From contig CT868068.1 of NCBI GenBank assembly GCA_000165425.1, positions 1-64,000 on the forward strand: a DNA stretch of 64,000 nucleotides. The letters run 5' to 3'. The notes below the pieces were generated by a model. It worked only from the letters and a program-made list of their open reading frames with translations. It was not told the DNA's origin and did not search any database. Positions 40,176-53,468 of this stretch are shown piece after piece. This DNA is from Paramecium tetraurelia. Lineage: Eukaryota. The position numbers were made by a program, and so were the translations under genes. Position 1 is the first letter of the stretch; each line of letters starts with the position of its first letter.

Positions 40176-42173
40176 TCAAACAAAATGTAGATCCTATTCT
40201 TGAACCCCCAACTCCTTTAGAATAGGGGGAATGGTCTTATTCATCGATGGAGGACCACAAATATAAAATTTATCGTATTAGGATACAAATCCAATATGTT
40301 TTTAGAAGAACACCTTATTAAATCTCTCATTAACACAACACACATCCTCTGTCCATTCTTTCACTTTGAGTATCATCTTAAAACATTGTTGGGACAATTG
40401 TTTCTGTAGGGATATAAGTGGAAAATATATATCGGAGCCTATCAATTCTGATTTATTGGCTGCTGCAAAAACGAGAGTGATATGTAAATTAGTATGGAAT
40501 TAACATTCGAATGGATTGATTATGTTATTGAATTTTTTTCCATATTTTTTCTCTACAATTTAGTAAATAGCTGATTATAAAAGAAAATCCAATAAATCCA
40601 GAAATGGCAGTATTCCAGTTCCTCCACATATGATTACAATTTTGCCCTTGCTAGGTAAACTTAATGATGGTCCATAGGGTCCATTTATTTAAAATTATTC
40701 ATATTGATTTTTATGAACGTATTGAGATAATCCATTCTTTGAATCGTAGTTCTTTATGATGAGTGGGAGCTCATTTAGGTATTTTGGCTGGAGGGGAAAA
40801 TGATCAAAGCACTCCTTATTGTGTAATTGAGTCTCAATTAAATTTACTAGTTGTTTTCTGTATTAGACATTCTCTGGAGCCATACTTAGAATGCAAGTGT
40901 ATTATCTAATGGGCAATTAAGAATTCGTATGAGCTTTCAATTAATAATACCTTCCAAATTAGTTATAATTTGTTAATTACGATGAAACCTTTCTAAATTC
41001 ATTATCAAAACCAAAATAACTAACTTTTTCCGATATTTAATTAATTGTAATCAATTTCCACAAATTTGTATTATATTATAAAACGCTGTTATTTTAAATA
41101 ATAAAATTGATATTATTGATTCTACCAATTGTGTTCTACTTGATCATTTAAATAGCTTTATCTGAGTGTTTAAAGGCTGGACAACTGCCATCTTCTAATC
41201 CTTGGCTGCCATATATAAACCTTGATACTTCTCTTCCTTTGGTTTTCTCCCAAATATACTGTCCCCCAGGATGGACAAATCCTGTGAGATTAATGATCTC
41301 ATTGTTAAATATAAACCACATTTGATCTTTGTAGTCTCTCTGAATGCTTTAAAGATCTAAGAATTACAATTAAAAATTACCATTTTGTATGACATGTTAC
41401 ACAAATAGAGCATCTTGTATAGTTTTAGGTTAACATTACTCTTCTTTCTATTTAAAGATTTTGGAGAAGAGTATTCCATTTTAATACACGAACTCTAGAA
41501 GCACTCTCCAAAAGAATATGAGGGCATAAGTGATCCAAAATCCAATCAAATTCCACCTTCCATCATCGACAAAGTAATTATAAACTTCATAGAATCCGAG
41601 TCCACATTAGATCTTGCCAATCACATACATGAAATAACCCACATAGATGTGAAATAGCTGTTGAATCTTGATTGTTTTTTAAGTTTTCTTGTTTTCAATA
41701 CACAATTTTAAAATTAGACCTCCAATGCTTTACAATCCCATAAGGCCAAGGAATGCAAATCCAATTGGAGCATGCCAATATGCCAAATGCTCCTTTCCAT
41801 GGAATTGTGGAGGATTCCAGATCAAACTCATTAGGATATCTGCTATCATGGTTGGCAACACACACAAGCCCATTATGATAGCATGTAGATTTAATCTGTG
41901 TTTTAAGAATATTCCGTATCGATTGGCCAATAATCCTACATCTGCCAAAATTCCCCAAACGATGAAATTGCTCCACTTATGAAAGTAAAAGACGGTGTGT
42001 CGATCTTCATTGACTTCAGTGAGCTGCATTTCGTGATCTATTGTTATCTAAAATGCATTCATACTCTATTCAACTGAATTGTAATCTAAGAATGTTCTGT
42101 TGGATTGGTTATCTTACAACTCTTGTGTCATTGCAAGGCATGCAAAAGATAGAACAACAACAATGTTTAGCAT
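40176..42173 (-). CDS. Cytochrome b561 - cytochrome b5 - FAD/NAD(P)H reductase fusion membrane protein
   Basis: Signal peptide; four TM His (FHKW, LHAI, WHAP, FHIY); b5 motif HPGG plus FKHS; FAD motif RQYT, GLSQY, GPYG; NAD(P) motifs CGGTGILPF and ICGPP. Confidence 0.88.
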
Positions 42174-43058
42174 ATTATAAGATATTTTTATTATGTTTAA
42201 CCAAAGAATGGTGACCAGAATTAAATACTCCGATTTGATTATGTCATTCAAAATAATCCCACTTATTAGTTTGATTACTAACTGCTTCTGTAAGTTAATT
42301 ATAAAATAAGATTTTATAAATTATAATAAATTCTCCAAATATTTAATCAAAATAAAGAGGACTTTTTAAATTCATATTGGACTTTCATTTCTCAAATGTG
42401 TTTTTCTTCATCAAAGAGTGTTGGAATAGGTATTAGCTCTGAATTCTGGTCACAAATGTCTGTTTTTACTAAAATTCCGAAATCTTTCAATTTCAACTAA
42501 TCTAAATTAATTGTAAGCAAAATCTTTAACTTTTGCAATTTGATTCTTAAATATCAAATTAACTACGCCAATTTGAAGCCACTAACCTAATTAATAAATA
42601 CCAGTTTACAATGACTCTTAAGGATGGATTCATCATGAATACATGTAATTTCTCTAATATTCCTAGATTGCATCTTTCAAGGCTGGCTCTTTCAAAAACC
42701 TAAAATAGGACTGTTTTTCAGTTATTTAAGTGGTCTCCTTTGCTGTGGATGAAGTTGTAACGATTCAACAGGAGAGAATTCTCATTTGATAAAATGCTCA
42801 TATTTCTAATATATTACACATACAGACACATTAATTGATGTGAATTAGAAATTGTATATGAAATTTATATTACACTATATGTAATTCATTTGTAATTATT
42901 TCTTATTATACGTGTATTTTTAAGTGTCCACGATAGAATTTACTATAAATTTAATGAACAAATAAATCTGAAGTTATCATGTATTGGACATCTGTAGCAA
43001 ATATTTCGTTTATAGGGGGATTATAATGAGATGGAATAATATCATTAAATTTATATAT

Positions 43059-43823
43059 ATGAAACATCTGAAATTATCTATCCCCTGCATGAATTAATCC
43101 TTCCTCTACAAGGGGAACTTTTTAGACATCAATTACGAGGAGCTTGTTAAGTTTGCAGAGAGCAAATTAGGCAAAAAGTTGACTCCAGAACTCTATTTTG
43201 TTTATGTTAATGTCGAAGGTGACAATTTTGTAATAGATAATGACCATAAACTAAATAATCTGAAGAAGTTAAATTCTTAGGTTTTGAAAATCATTCTCAA
43301 GGAATTCGAAAGACAAGTAGTTCTTCATCCAAATACAATTTGTTCTGTTTGCCAATAGTCTCCAATTTAAAATATTAGGCACAAGTGCGTTGTCTGTGAA
43401 GATGTGGATTTGTGTCAGCATTGCAGTATCGAACATAGCAGATTGCATCCGTTGATTATGATTTCTAAACCAGAATAAGTGATATACTTAGAAAGTTTTT
43501 TTAAAAAGCACATGAAGAAGGTGAAGAATATTTTAAATTGTTCCATCAGCAAATCAAAAAGCACAGTCATTGCAATCAAAGATGTGATTATGAAAAAGAA
43601 ACAAGATTATTTTGGAAATGTCAAATAACAACAAGATTAATAAATCGATTAGGGACAATTCAAGAAACCTCCAAGTCCAGAAGAAGAGGATGTGTTGAAC
43701 AAGACTCTGAGATTGTCAGAAATATTTGAAGGACAACCCAGCACTTATGAGAAATTCGTTAAATAGAATAAGGAGTTGACATTTGAAGAATTAGTTGAGA
43801 AAGCATCTGAAAAATTTGCCTGA
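43059..43823 (+). CDS. PB1 - ZZ zinc finger - UBA-like protein (p62/NBR1-like)
   Basis: Acidic OPCA-like YVNVEGDNFVI; ZZ finger HPNTICSVC...RHKCVVCEDVDLCQHC...H..H; short helical C-terminus. 255 codons. Confidence 0.8.
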
Positions 43824-43860
43824 ATTATATAAATTATAATTATTCCAAATAGTATTATTA

Positions 43861-44735
43861 TCATCTTCTTTGAATTTAAGCTGACATCAACCCAGTCGTG
43901 GTTTGATACATCTAAAATTAATCCATCTATCATTACGTTTTAATATTATTGTTAATCTGTCACCCAAGGAGGCTATGCTTTGCTCTTCTGATATTATGAA
44001 TATTGTTATTTTGATTCCAAAGACATCTATTGCATCATCTGATCTAATTGTTCCATCTTCAAAGGAGTTTATTACTATTAAATTCTATACTAGTTAACTA
44101 ATTAAGGGGTTTACTATTGTTAATATGATTGTTGTGCAGATTGCTATTAGGCAACATTAGTGTACATAAAATCAAAGTATTGCGAGTAAATGATATAATT
44201 ATTATTTTGAGGGATGTAACTTGATAAATTGTAGTATTTCTTGATAAATCCCAATAGTTTTGGTGATGGTCGATCGTAAGCCAATTTCTCTGGTCTCAAC
44301 ATTTCCTATCTGAGCATTTCTTCAAAGAGCTCTTTGCCAATACCTCTTCTTTGTACTGATTCATGCACATAAAAGTCGAGAACGCATAAGGGTTAGATTT
44401 CTATTATTGCTCCGTTTAAATCTCTATGGAATAGGTTTTTTCTTCCTATTTTTAGAATCCCAAAACATTGCTAACAAATCCTCTTGAATACTTACTTTTC
44501 CTTCTGACTTGATATACAACTTTTGATCAGTCTAAAAGAATCTGGTTGGACTAGTTATAAGTTATCTCAAATTTTATGCCTAACTTATTTATGAATGGTT
44601 TACCAATGCTGAAGCCTCCCCCATGATTGTGATCACATCATCAAGCTAAGGGTTACGGTTTTGGTTTCCATTCAAAATCGTAATTCCATTCTCATTTACT
44701 GGCATACATTTAGATAAGTAAAAGTTGAATTACAT
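43861..44735 (-). CDS. ATAT1: Alpha-tubulin N-acetyltransferase (MEC-17 family)
   Basis: MGEASALAQNL, GILKIGRKNLF, CVLDFYVHESVQRRGIGKELF, AYDRPSPKLLGF and PQNNNY. Three introns. Confidence 0.95.
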
Positions 44736-45010
44736 ATAATCAAATTTTAATGAATTTATATAAACCATTCCTTACATTATTTCAGTATTCTATCAAAGTA
44801 GTGGAGTTTTGTTCTTCTTTATATTTATTTTAAGTATATTCCTTGTTTGCTAAATTTTCTATATTTTATGATAAATATAGAAAGTTATTGATATAGATTT
44901 TCAAGATTTCTTTTTATTAAGTCTATTATGTATTAGTTATCAATATACTAGTAATTTGATATTTTAATTTTTTATATCAAAATTGATCAGATATTTATGT
45001 TTATATAATT

Positions 45011-46113
45011 ATGAAACAAAAATTACAGAAAATTAAAAAAATGAAGTGTTCAATTTGTTTGAGTGATGACTGTTAACTATTTACAGACAAAAATTGTAAA
45101 TGTTAATTCTGCTTTGATTGTGTTCTTAATTGGATTGAAGAGAAAATCAATTTAAAATAGTAGGTCAATTCCATCTCATGTTTAAACCATAAATGCAAGT
45201 AAATAATTTCCTTAGAAAACTTTCAACTATCCATAACGAACAAGCAAATCGAAGAAAAGTACATGGACATAATGTTAAAAAATTATTTTCAACAAACACA
45301 TGATATTAGACCTTGTCCAAACAATAAATGCAGTTACTATGCATTTCTTCCTACCAACAGATGTGGCAAAGAATTCTCTTGTCAATAATGCAGTAAAAAA
45401 CTTCATTGATATATTTAGATTTTAATTGGTTGGATAAACAATATCTGTCATATGACAAACTATTCCTATTAAAACTTAAAGATATAAAGAGTGACATCTT
45501 CACATCTGTGTTCGAATTCATTTCCACATAAGAATGCCCAAGATGCAATTCTAAAATATTGAAAAATGGTGGGTGTAGTCATATGACGTGTAAAAAATGT
45601 CAATTTTATTATTGCTGGAGTTGCAACAATTAGTTGAACGATTAGGTTCATAGCGAAAAACTCTGCCTAATTAGAGTGCTCAGTTATCTATCGATGATCC
45701 TTCTCAATATTGCTGTTACATTTTACAACTTGGGATGGCTGCAATACATATTCATGGCCATCTGGTACCCACTATACGGATTGGGTCTCTCTTTGCTCTA
45801 CAACTCCTACATCATCTTGCCTATCACTATTATTGCCACGTTGGTGTACACTTACAAGCAATGGCAACAGGTGACTGCAGTCAGAAAACAGAGATTCATC
45901 AAATCCCAAGCAATAACCCTAATTGTATAAATCATCATATCCATACTCTTGGCCATAGCTACCTATTACAATATTTTCAATATTAACTTTAATCAAGCTC
46001 TGAACTATCATTACTACTAATTCATTATCATCATGTCAGGAGGTTCAATAGTGCTGGTTGTGTTGCTGTTCAACAATTTCTTTTATTAAAATTGGCTCAA
46101 ATTTTTGATTTGA
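45011..46113 (+). CDS. RBR (RING-IBR-RING) E3 ubiquitin ligase with C-terminal transmembrane helices
   Basis: CSIC RING1, RPCPNNKC IBR and RING2 ECPRCNSKILKNGGCSHMTCKKCQFYYCWSC, then hydrophobic helices. A 26-nt intron at ~45393-45418 restores frame. Confidence 0.88.
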
Positions 46114-46352
46114 AGATATTTATATATAAAATTCAATATCTTTATACCAATGTTATTATTCACTTTAAAGAATGCCTTTAATGTAATTCAAAAGTGCAAA
46201 TCCCAAAATGTTATCACCGTCCAATATATGAAATCGATCAACATTTCTAAGATTCTGTGAATAAGTTAAATTCTGGTTCTAAATTAATATTTAATATTTA
46301 TTCGATTCTTAAACTTAAAAAAATAGAATCAGTAATCATAATTAAATTTCAT

Positions 46353-46915
46353 ATGAACACAATCAGAACATTGAGACCATCATATGGATCCTCTTAAGAG
46401 ATTCAGATTAACACAACTTGTTCTTCCACTCCAAAGTTGACTAAATCTCAAACCTTTATCCAAATGAAGGTCAAATGTGCCTCATCGAGTAGTAAAAATT
46501 CAACATCGACAAAATTAAACTCTCCTTATCAACCTCACCAAAAGAGTCAATTCTCTGTTAGAACCCACTCTGATTCATAAGACGCTCATTCTATACTAAA
46601 TGAATGCGTTCACATTTTCAAGGAGATCTAACAGAGTTCTATGATTACCCAAAATGAAATAGTTTTACTTGATGTGAAATAGAAGATGTGCAATATTGAA
46701 AACATAGTTGAAGAAATTAGACGATATCAAAATACCAAAAATTTAAATTAAAACAAGATCTCCCAAATTATGTTACAAATTATTGAAGAAAAAAGGCAAA
46801 AGCAATAAGCCATACGGTCAGGAGAAAATCTAATCAAGTAATAAGCTAATTAGATTCAATAGTTGGTATCAATATTAAATAATGTTAGAATCTAAGAATT
46901 TCTCTTTATGAATGA
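46353..46915 (+). CDS. Small hypothetical Ser-rich / coiled-coil protein
   Basis: ATG 46353 (MNTIRTLRP), open frame, one terminal tiny intron, TGA 46913-46915. Confidence 0.6.
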
Positions 46916-47470
46916 TGTTTATTTACATTAATATTATTAAAATAATATGTTTCCCTCATTTTTATCAATGATCATGTTTTAAATTCTTGTATTAAATACG
47001 AATAATTTATACAATTACTTTAAATAAATGATTAAAAAGTTATAAAATAATGTTCAATAAATCGTTTTTATCTATATTTATTAATTAATTACTTTTGGAT
47101 AACAATCTTAATACATTAAATTCATAACTAACTTGGTAGGTTCGAAATTCCACTACCAAAACAAGTTGTTAAATTCATTTTTTTATTTTATCATAAGTTA
47201 ATTTTTGAAGACCAACTTAAATAACCTTTTATATTATCTGTCGTTCAGAATATTTACTACACCCTTGAAGTACATAATTCTGTATTTAAATTTGTTTGAG
47301 AAGTAAATAGAAATTTCAAAGCACATTAGTGATATTTAATTCTAATATTATTGTGCATTAAATGACTATTTCCTTCTAACAAAATGATAAGGCAATATGG
47401 AAATTAATAAATAATTTTAAATAACATACAGTTTTTCTAAGATTAATCAAATAAAATAAATTTATATGCT

Positions 47471-48367
47471 TCATTTATGATTGATTAAGAATCCCACTTA
47501 AGAATGTTCTAATAGATAATGAGCATTGACCCAAGGATGATGTTACATAAATAGAGGAGTGCCATCAGTTCCAACTCCTCTCATCAACTATTCTTTACCT
47601 CCAGGATGTTTATTTAAATAATGAGTAACATCGTAAACTTTAGAATTAATGACAATCCATGCTGAATCACTTGTGTTATGTTTGGACACCTATGAATATT
47701 AGGATATGATCATATACGTCTTCTAATGTAAGTTATTTTAATTCGCATTTCTTAATGCTTTCATTTAAAGCTCTTTTTGATATCCAACTCGGAGAAGCCG
47801 TTTCTTTAGGTTACTATCCAAATTTAGGAGATTCAGGTTAATTTTGCTATTATTGTATTGGTTACTGTGATTCTTAAGTAACAGAATTTCTTTTTTTTGG
47901 TTGTATTATTAAGTCATCAAAAATACCTTTTAAAGTGTCTAAATATTTTTAATTGGTTTTTTTAATGACTGCAATGGTATAATCAATGCTTTCGACCTTC
48001 CTTGTTCCTTTGTATTTTTCTATAAGAACTTTTTCGTTAGAAATGTGATAGATACTACGATTTTGTCTTAGAGAATTCTGAAGTTATTGTTTAAAACAGA
48101 TACCATAGCAAGTGTTTTCACATCATGTCGTTGGGGTATGGTTATGTATGTGTGGGGACGCTTGAACTCCACTATTTAATCAATTTCGTAATATTGATTT
48201 TCTTCATCTCGCAATGTCAGTATGTCAGTCTGGAATTTCTGTTTGATATCGTTTAGGATGAAGGTAACAACTTCCTCAAGAATTTCAAGTTGGACCTCAT
48301 CTTGCATCCAAATAAGAGTATCCTGTCTTTCTTCGATATACAAATTGATTTCTTCCTTATTATTCAT
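47471..48367 (-). CDS. Protein with C-terminal cytochrome b5 heme-binding domain
   Basis: [31 protein letters not shown]...[10 protein letters not shown] contains both heme His. Introns of 26 and 28 nt give 281 codons. Confidence 0.88.
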
Positions 48368-48382
48368 ATAAAATAATCAAAA

Positions 48383-48928
48383 ATGGGTTGCACTAGTGCA
48401 AAAATAAATGAGCCACTAAGTCAAAGACTACGGCAAAAAGCCAGCGAAATTTTCAAGAAGCTAGACATCAAAGGGAACGGAACCATTGATAAGGAAGGAA
48501 CTGAATAATTTTGGTAAGATTTTAAATAATTTACTAAAGGAAGTCTAACTTTGCAAAATTAAACACAGAAGCCCTGTTTGAGGCTGTTGATTTTGATAAG
48601 AGTGGAGACATTACAGAAGAAGAGTGGATGGCATTCTGGGAAATTGTGAAAGAAAATGGGTACTCAGAGGAAGAAATAAATTTAGAAGTATCAATTAGAT
48701 TATTAAAGCCAGTTGGATGAATTGATGGATGGCAAGGCTTGGGTACAATTTAAAAGAGTGGACAGATTCTTAAAAATCGATGAAAAGAGAAGAGGTTCAA
48801 GAGTTAAATCAATTGTGCAGGAAGAAAAGAAGAAGCTTTCTATCATCTAACCAGCACGATTGTAAAAGAGCAAGACGATGTAAAGTGAGGGACCTGATAT
48901 GCAATAAGAGAATTAGCAGGAATCTTGA
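48383..48928 (+). CDS. Small N-acylated (MGC) two-EF-hand calcium-binding protein
   Basis: MGCTSAK N-terminus; EF loops DIKGNGTIDKEG and DFDKSGDITEEE. Two introns. Confidence 0.88.
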
Positions 48929-49715
48929 TTATATTTATAATTAGATATATCATAGTTAAATATACATTGAAAATTCAACTACTACAAGTTTTTATGAACA
49001 TCTCTATTATTTAAATAAGTTCTTTCAATTTATTTCACTTTTTATTTGCTAAGATTATTAAATATAATTGTACTCTGTATAAGATGGATTGCCAATTATG
49101 ATAAATTATCAAATTTTTACCATAAGATCAGATGTTTAACTAAGAAGGTATTCATCATTCGGGTATTCATTCAAATTAATAAGAAAATTAAGTTATGAAA
49201 TCAATAAATATATGAAATCAATTTGTTCAGGATAATATTGTTATTAGTAGTTTCTTCATTATTTCAAAGATAAACCAAACATAAGGATATTAGATTTCTT
49301 TAAATTTATGTTATAATCATAATAAGTCTTTAAGAGTAAATCTAGAAATATCAAATTTAAAGCCATAAATATTTATTCATAAGTTTAATTAAGGTTTCTT
49401 AAGATTTAGAAAAATGCGTGATATATTTTAAATAAAAGGGTGTGTTAATGTTACTTCCAAACTCTTTTAATTATAATCTTCAATACAGATTTATTCTTAA
49501 TGGCCTATTTCATCCAAGACTTTTCTATTAATAAATGCCAAACTAGGAATTTGTTTTCTCTCTGAATTTTGAAAAAAGGTCTAAACTTAAATTGAAAGCT
49601 TCTTGTGTTACAGATGAGTACCTTGAATTTCTTAATAATTTTTCATTATGAAGTGTCGAAACAGAGATAGATATTTAAAATAATCAAATAGAAGAATACT
49701 TATTTATTAATTAAT

Positions 49716-50120
49716 TCATTGTTAATATTTTTATGAATAGGCTTCAATTTGCCTTTGTAATCTATTGACATTGGATTTCATGCGATTCATTTTAGTCTAT
49801 TCTGCATTCTAGACTATCTCGTAGTCTATGAGTGGTTGAGAGTAGCGTGGATCGAATTCTTCCTCTTTGATCACTTGGAATTTATTGAGTTCAAATTATC
49901 TTATGTTCACTCGGACCTAATCTAGGTTTTTGTCGATTCGGCTCATGAGTTCCAATAGATCTTGCAAGGCATCTCCAGAATCAGGGAATAGGAGGACAGG
50001 TTTTTCTTTGGACCAATTGTCAACTGGGATTTCAAATGACTTATGCAACACATCTTCTAGGGTTTCAGCGGAGTTCTTGAGTAAGGCATAAACCTTTTGG
50101 ATTTCTTCATCAATATTCAT
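49716..50120 (-). CDS. Small hypothetical helical protein (134 aa)
   Basis: Open frame from MNIDEEIQKV to YSQKYQQ followed by TGA. Confidence 0.7.
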
Positions 50121-50186
50121 AATAATCAACTCTGTGACATCCTGTAAAAATTATGTAAATTTATCAAATTTCCTTATAATAATTTG

Positions 50187-51355
50187 ATGGAATAATCATT
50201 GTTTTTCCTGTCGGCTGAAATGACAGCCATGAAAGCCTTCAATGAGAAGACACAGTCCATATATTAGAATATGTAATTTCTTGATAAGAAACTCAAAATG
50301 AAAGTACCAAAGTTGAGTTTGGCCATTACAACTCATAGATTAATATTTACTAATCACACAAACATAGATTAATTAAATGTGAATGATGTTAAATTTGTCT
50401 ATTTCGTAATCCCCTTGTAGCATGTGAAATCGATACAATCAAAAGTAATCAATAAATCCTATTTGAGACTGGATTTCTGTCATCCAAGATAGATCACATC
50501 AATTTAGAAACTAATTTGGGAGAAGTCGCTATTTTCGGGGACAATTTGGAGGGCCCTCTCTTGTTGATCAAGGGTAGCATAGAGAAAAAGGAGTGGCTCC
50601 AAAAGCAAGAACAATAATAAACATCATCAGTTTATTGTGGGATGAAGTCTGAAATAATGAAAAAGGAGAAGCAAACATAGCAAACCATAGACACAGTGCA
50701 AAGTACCTTCAAAGGTGGGTTTGAGGAATTATTTAAGAATGCAACAGAATTGAAGGAGGTTTCTTAATACATCAAATAAAATATTAAGAAGGGAGAGAAT
50801 AACGAGATTGATGAAATTCTGTCTAAAATTGGCTAATCACGATTGGATAAGTATATGATATTGATGATAATACAAGATCTGAGGATTTATTTTATGAGAA
50901 GTTGGCTGAACAAGTGTATAAGCTTTGTGCTGAGTTGTTCCCGAAGATGGGTGGTATAATCTCCCTTTTGGATGTTTATTACTATTTTAATAAGAGACGA
51001 AATTCAAGTTTGGTGAGTCCAGAGGAGATACTAAAGGCAGGGTTACAATTTCAAAAATTGAATTATTAAGCCAAGGTCGAAAGATATGATGGTATTTCAG
51101 TGATTGAATCAAGTATGTTGAAAATCATACTATTTTTAAGCACAATACAATAGTGATAAAGATTATGAGAACACTTTAGGAAAACACATTTCTTATGAAA
51201 TTGGATTGACTGCTGAGCAATTGGCGAAGAAATTGGGGATCTCAGTTATGATTTGCAAGATTAAACTCAAGAATGCTATCAATCAAGGGAAGGTCTGTGT
51301 TGACAATAGAATTGAAGGCACTCGATATTTCAAAAATTTAATAATTAATATTTGA
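50187..51355 (+). CDS. VPS36: ESCRT-II subunit Vps36/EAP45
   Basis: GLUE-like ITTHRLIF; winged-helix motifs MGGIISLLDVYYYFNKRR...LVSPEEI and GLTAEQLAKKLGIS...GKVCVDNRIEGTRYFKN. Confidence 0.82.
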
Positions 51356-51379
51356 ACAAAATTTATATCAATTTAAAAT

Positions 51380-52915
51380 ATGAATTTATAATAATAAGAA
51401 AGACAAAGAGTCACAGACAACCTAAGTTAAATATCTTAATTGAGCACCAGAGCACCTACAGTTATAAATCAGCAATAGGAATCACTGCCATTTATATCCT
51501 ATACAACTGAAAATGTGGATAGACAATAAAAGTAATAGGAAGAAAATGAAAGAAAATAAAAACTAATGGCCGAAGCACGCAAATTAATGGTGCCCACTCA
51601 AGAAAGCTAAATCAAATCACAATTAAGATAATTAGGCTAACCAGTAACTTATTTTGGAGAAAGTGCAGCTGATAGAAGATAGCGTCTACGTACATTGTTA
51701 ACAGAACATTTGATGTAATACGGTAGATTGCCTTAATTTTTTAAACAATAGAACAATCACAATATGGGCAATTTAGAAAATGAATATTTCTTATACGAAG
51801 GACTCGAATAATTAAGAGCTGCCAGAATCGAAATAGCCAAACTGTCTCTTCATAATGCAGCGCTCAGAGTTGAAAAACTAAGACTCAGAAGATTAACTGT
51901 GGATGCTTTGCAAGAAGATCAAGAAGTCTTGGAAGAATTGCAAAAAGTAAATCACTTTGCAATTTAAATGTCCCAATTCGGGGATTCTTCTGGCATCTCT
52001 AGATCAACCATTAGTCCAAATTAAAAATATCTTGCAACTGCTGGTGGATCTGGAGAATGCAAATTATGGGACATTGAAACTGCTTCACTTAAGTCTAGTT
52101 TGTTGGGACATCTAACCAAATGTCATTCTATTGCATTTCATCCCCAATCCTTATTGACATTATCTCCCTAATCTTTTGCTAATGTTGCTACTGCTTCAGC
52201 TGATCTCTCTATCAGATTGTGGACTCTGGATTTGGATTAGCCAGAAGTTGAAAATTTAGGAATCCTATAAAAATCAATTGTTTTGAAGGGACATGAAGAC
52301 AGAATTAACAAAGTGATATTTCATTAAGATGGCAAAAGATTAATCAGTATGGGTTTTGATAAGACATGGAGATTGTGGGATATTGAAACTTAAACTGAAT
52401 TAATGGTATAAACTGGACATTCCAGGGGAATCTATTCAGGAGCCTTGCATCCAGATGGTTCATTATTATTTACAGGAGATTTGGGAGGATTTGGAATGGC
52501 ATGGGATTTGAGGATAGGCAAAGGCATTTTGCCATTTGTAGGTCATGTCAAAGGAATATTAGCTAGTGATTTTAGTATGAATGGTTCTCATCTTGCAACT
52601 GGAGGAGATGATAATTTCATAAGGGTTTGGGATATCAGAAGAAGAAACGTAATTGAAAAGATACCTGCACATATCAAATTAGTGAGCGATCTGAAATTTT
52701 AGCCTATTTATAGTAAATTCTTAATTAGTGCTTCTTATGATGGAAATATTAAGTTTTGGAATTCAAGAGATTGGAGTTTGCACTCTGTTTATGAGACATC
52801 AGATACAAAAGTAGAAATATTATTTATATTTTAGCATACTTCTGTCTGTATAACGAATGACATAAAGACTATGATTTCTACAGGTTTAGACAGAAAATTT
52901 GTTATTTGGTAATGA
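51380..52915 (+). CDS. PRPF4: U4/U6 snRNP protein Prp4 (SFM motif plus WD40 repeats)
   Basis: VPTQESQIKSQLRQLGQPVTYFGESAADRRQRL followed by WD40 repeats (GHEDRINK, TWRLWDIE, QTGHSRG, WDLRIGK, IPAH). Confidence 0.93.
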
Positions 52916-53468
52916 TTTATAATTAATTATATGATTATTATAATAGAATATTAACATAGGTCTCATTTCTGATTCTTTAAACTCAGAAAATATATCAAAA
53001 AATTTTAAATCAATTTGGAAAAATTTCATTATTAATAATAATAAATTCAATTTATAAAACAATTATTTTATTAACTAAAAAATATTTCAAAACCTTTTAT
53101 TAATATTGAGATTCTACAAAAAATTGAAGAAAGATAAACTTTTTCTTGAATAAATATTTAATATAACAATTTTAATACTTATAATAAATTCAAAATTGGA
53201 TCAAATTTTGGATAGCAAACTCTCATCTGAAATATGTGGATTTATAAGTGATCTCTTATTCTTTATATTAACAATAATTGATTAATTCAAATTTCAATAC
53301 TTATTAGTCATAGATTGTTAGTTATAATAATAAAATAGAGGGAAATGAAAAATTACATGTGATCTTTGAGAATAATTTATTTATAATTATTGTTTTGATG
53401 AGTTGAATCAAATTTATTGGGTTTTAAGATAAACAGAATTTTGAAGGCTTATATTAATAATTAACATA

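Noticed and set aside
42340..42830. Coding-like minus-strand stretch
   Set aside because: Every frame I tried hits TGA unless several speculative introns are assumed. It may be a small gene or relic but is not supportable.
47133..47159. Hairpin TTGGTAG/CTACCAA enclosing a B-box-like GGTTCGAAATTCC, as a possible tRNA
   Set aside because: No acceptor, D or anticodon arms can be folded, and a 7-bp stem can occur by chance.
49716..50120. Resemblance to Mediator subunit Med10
   Set aside because: Only size and helical pattern match; the signature motif is not recognisable without a profile search.
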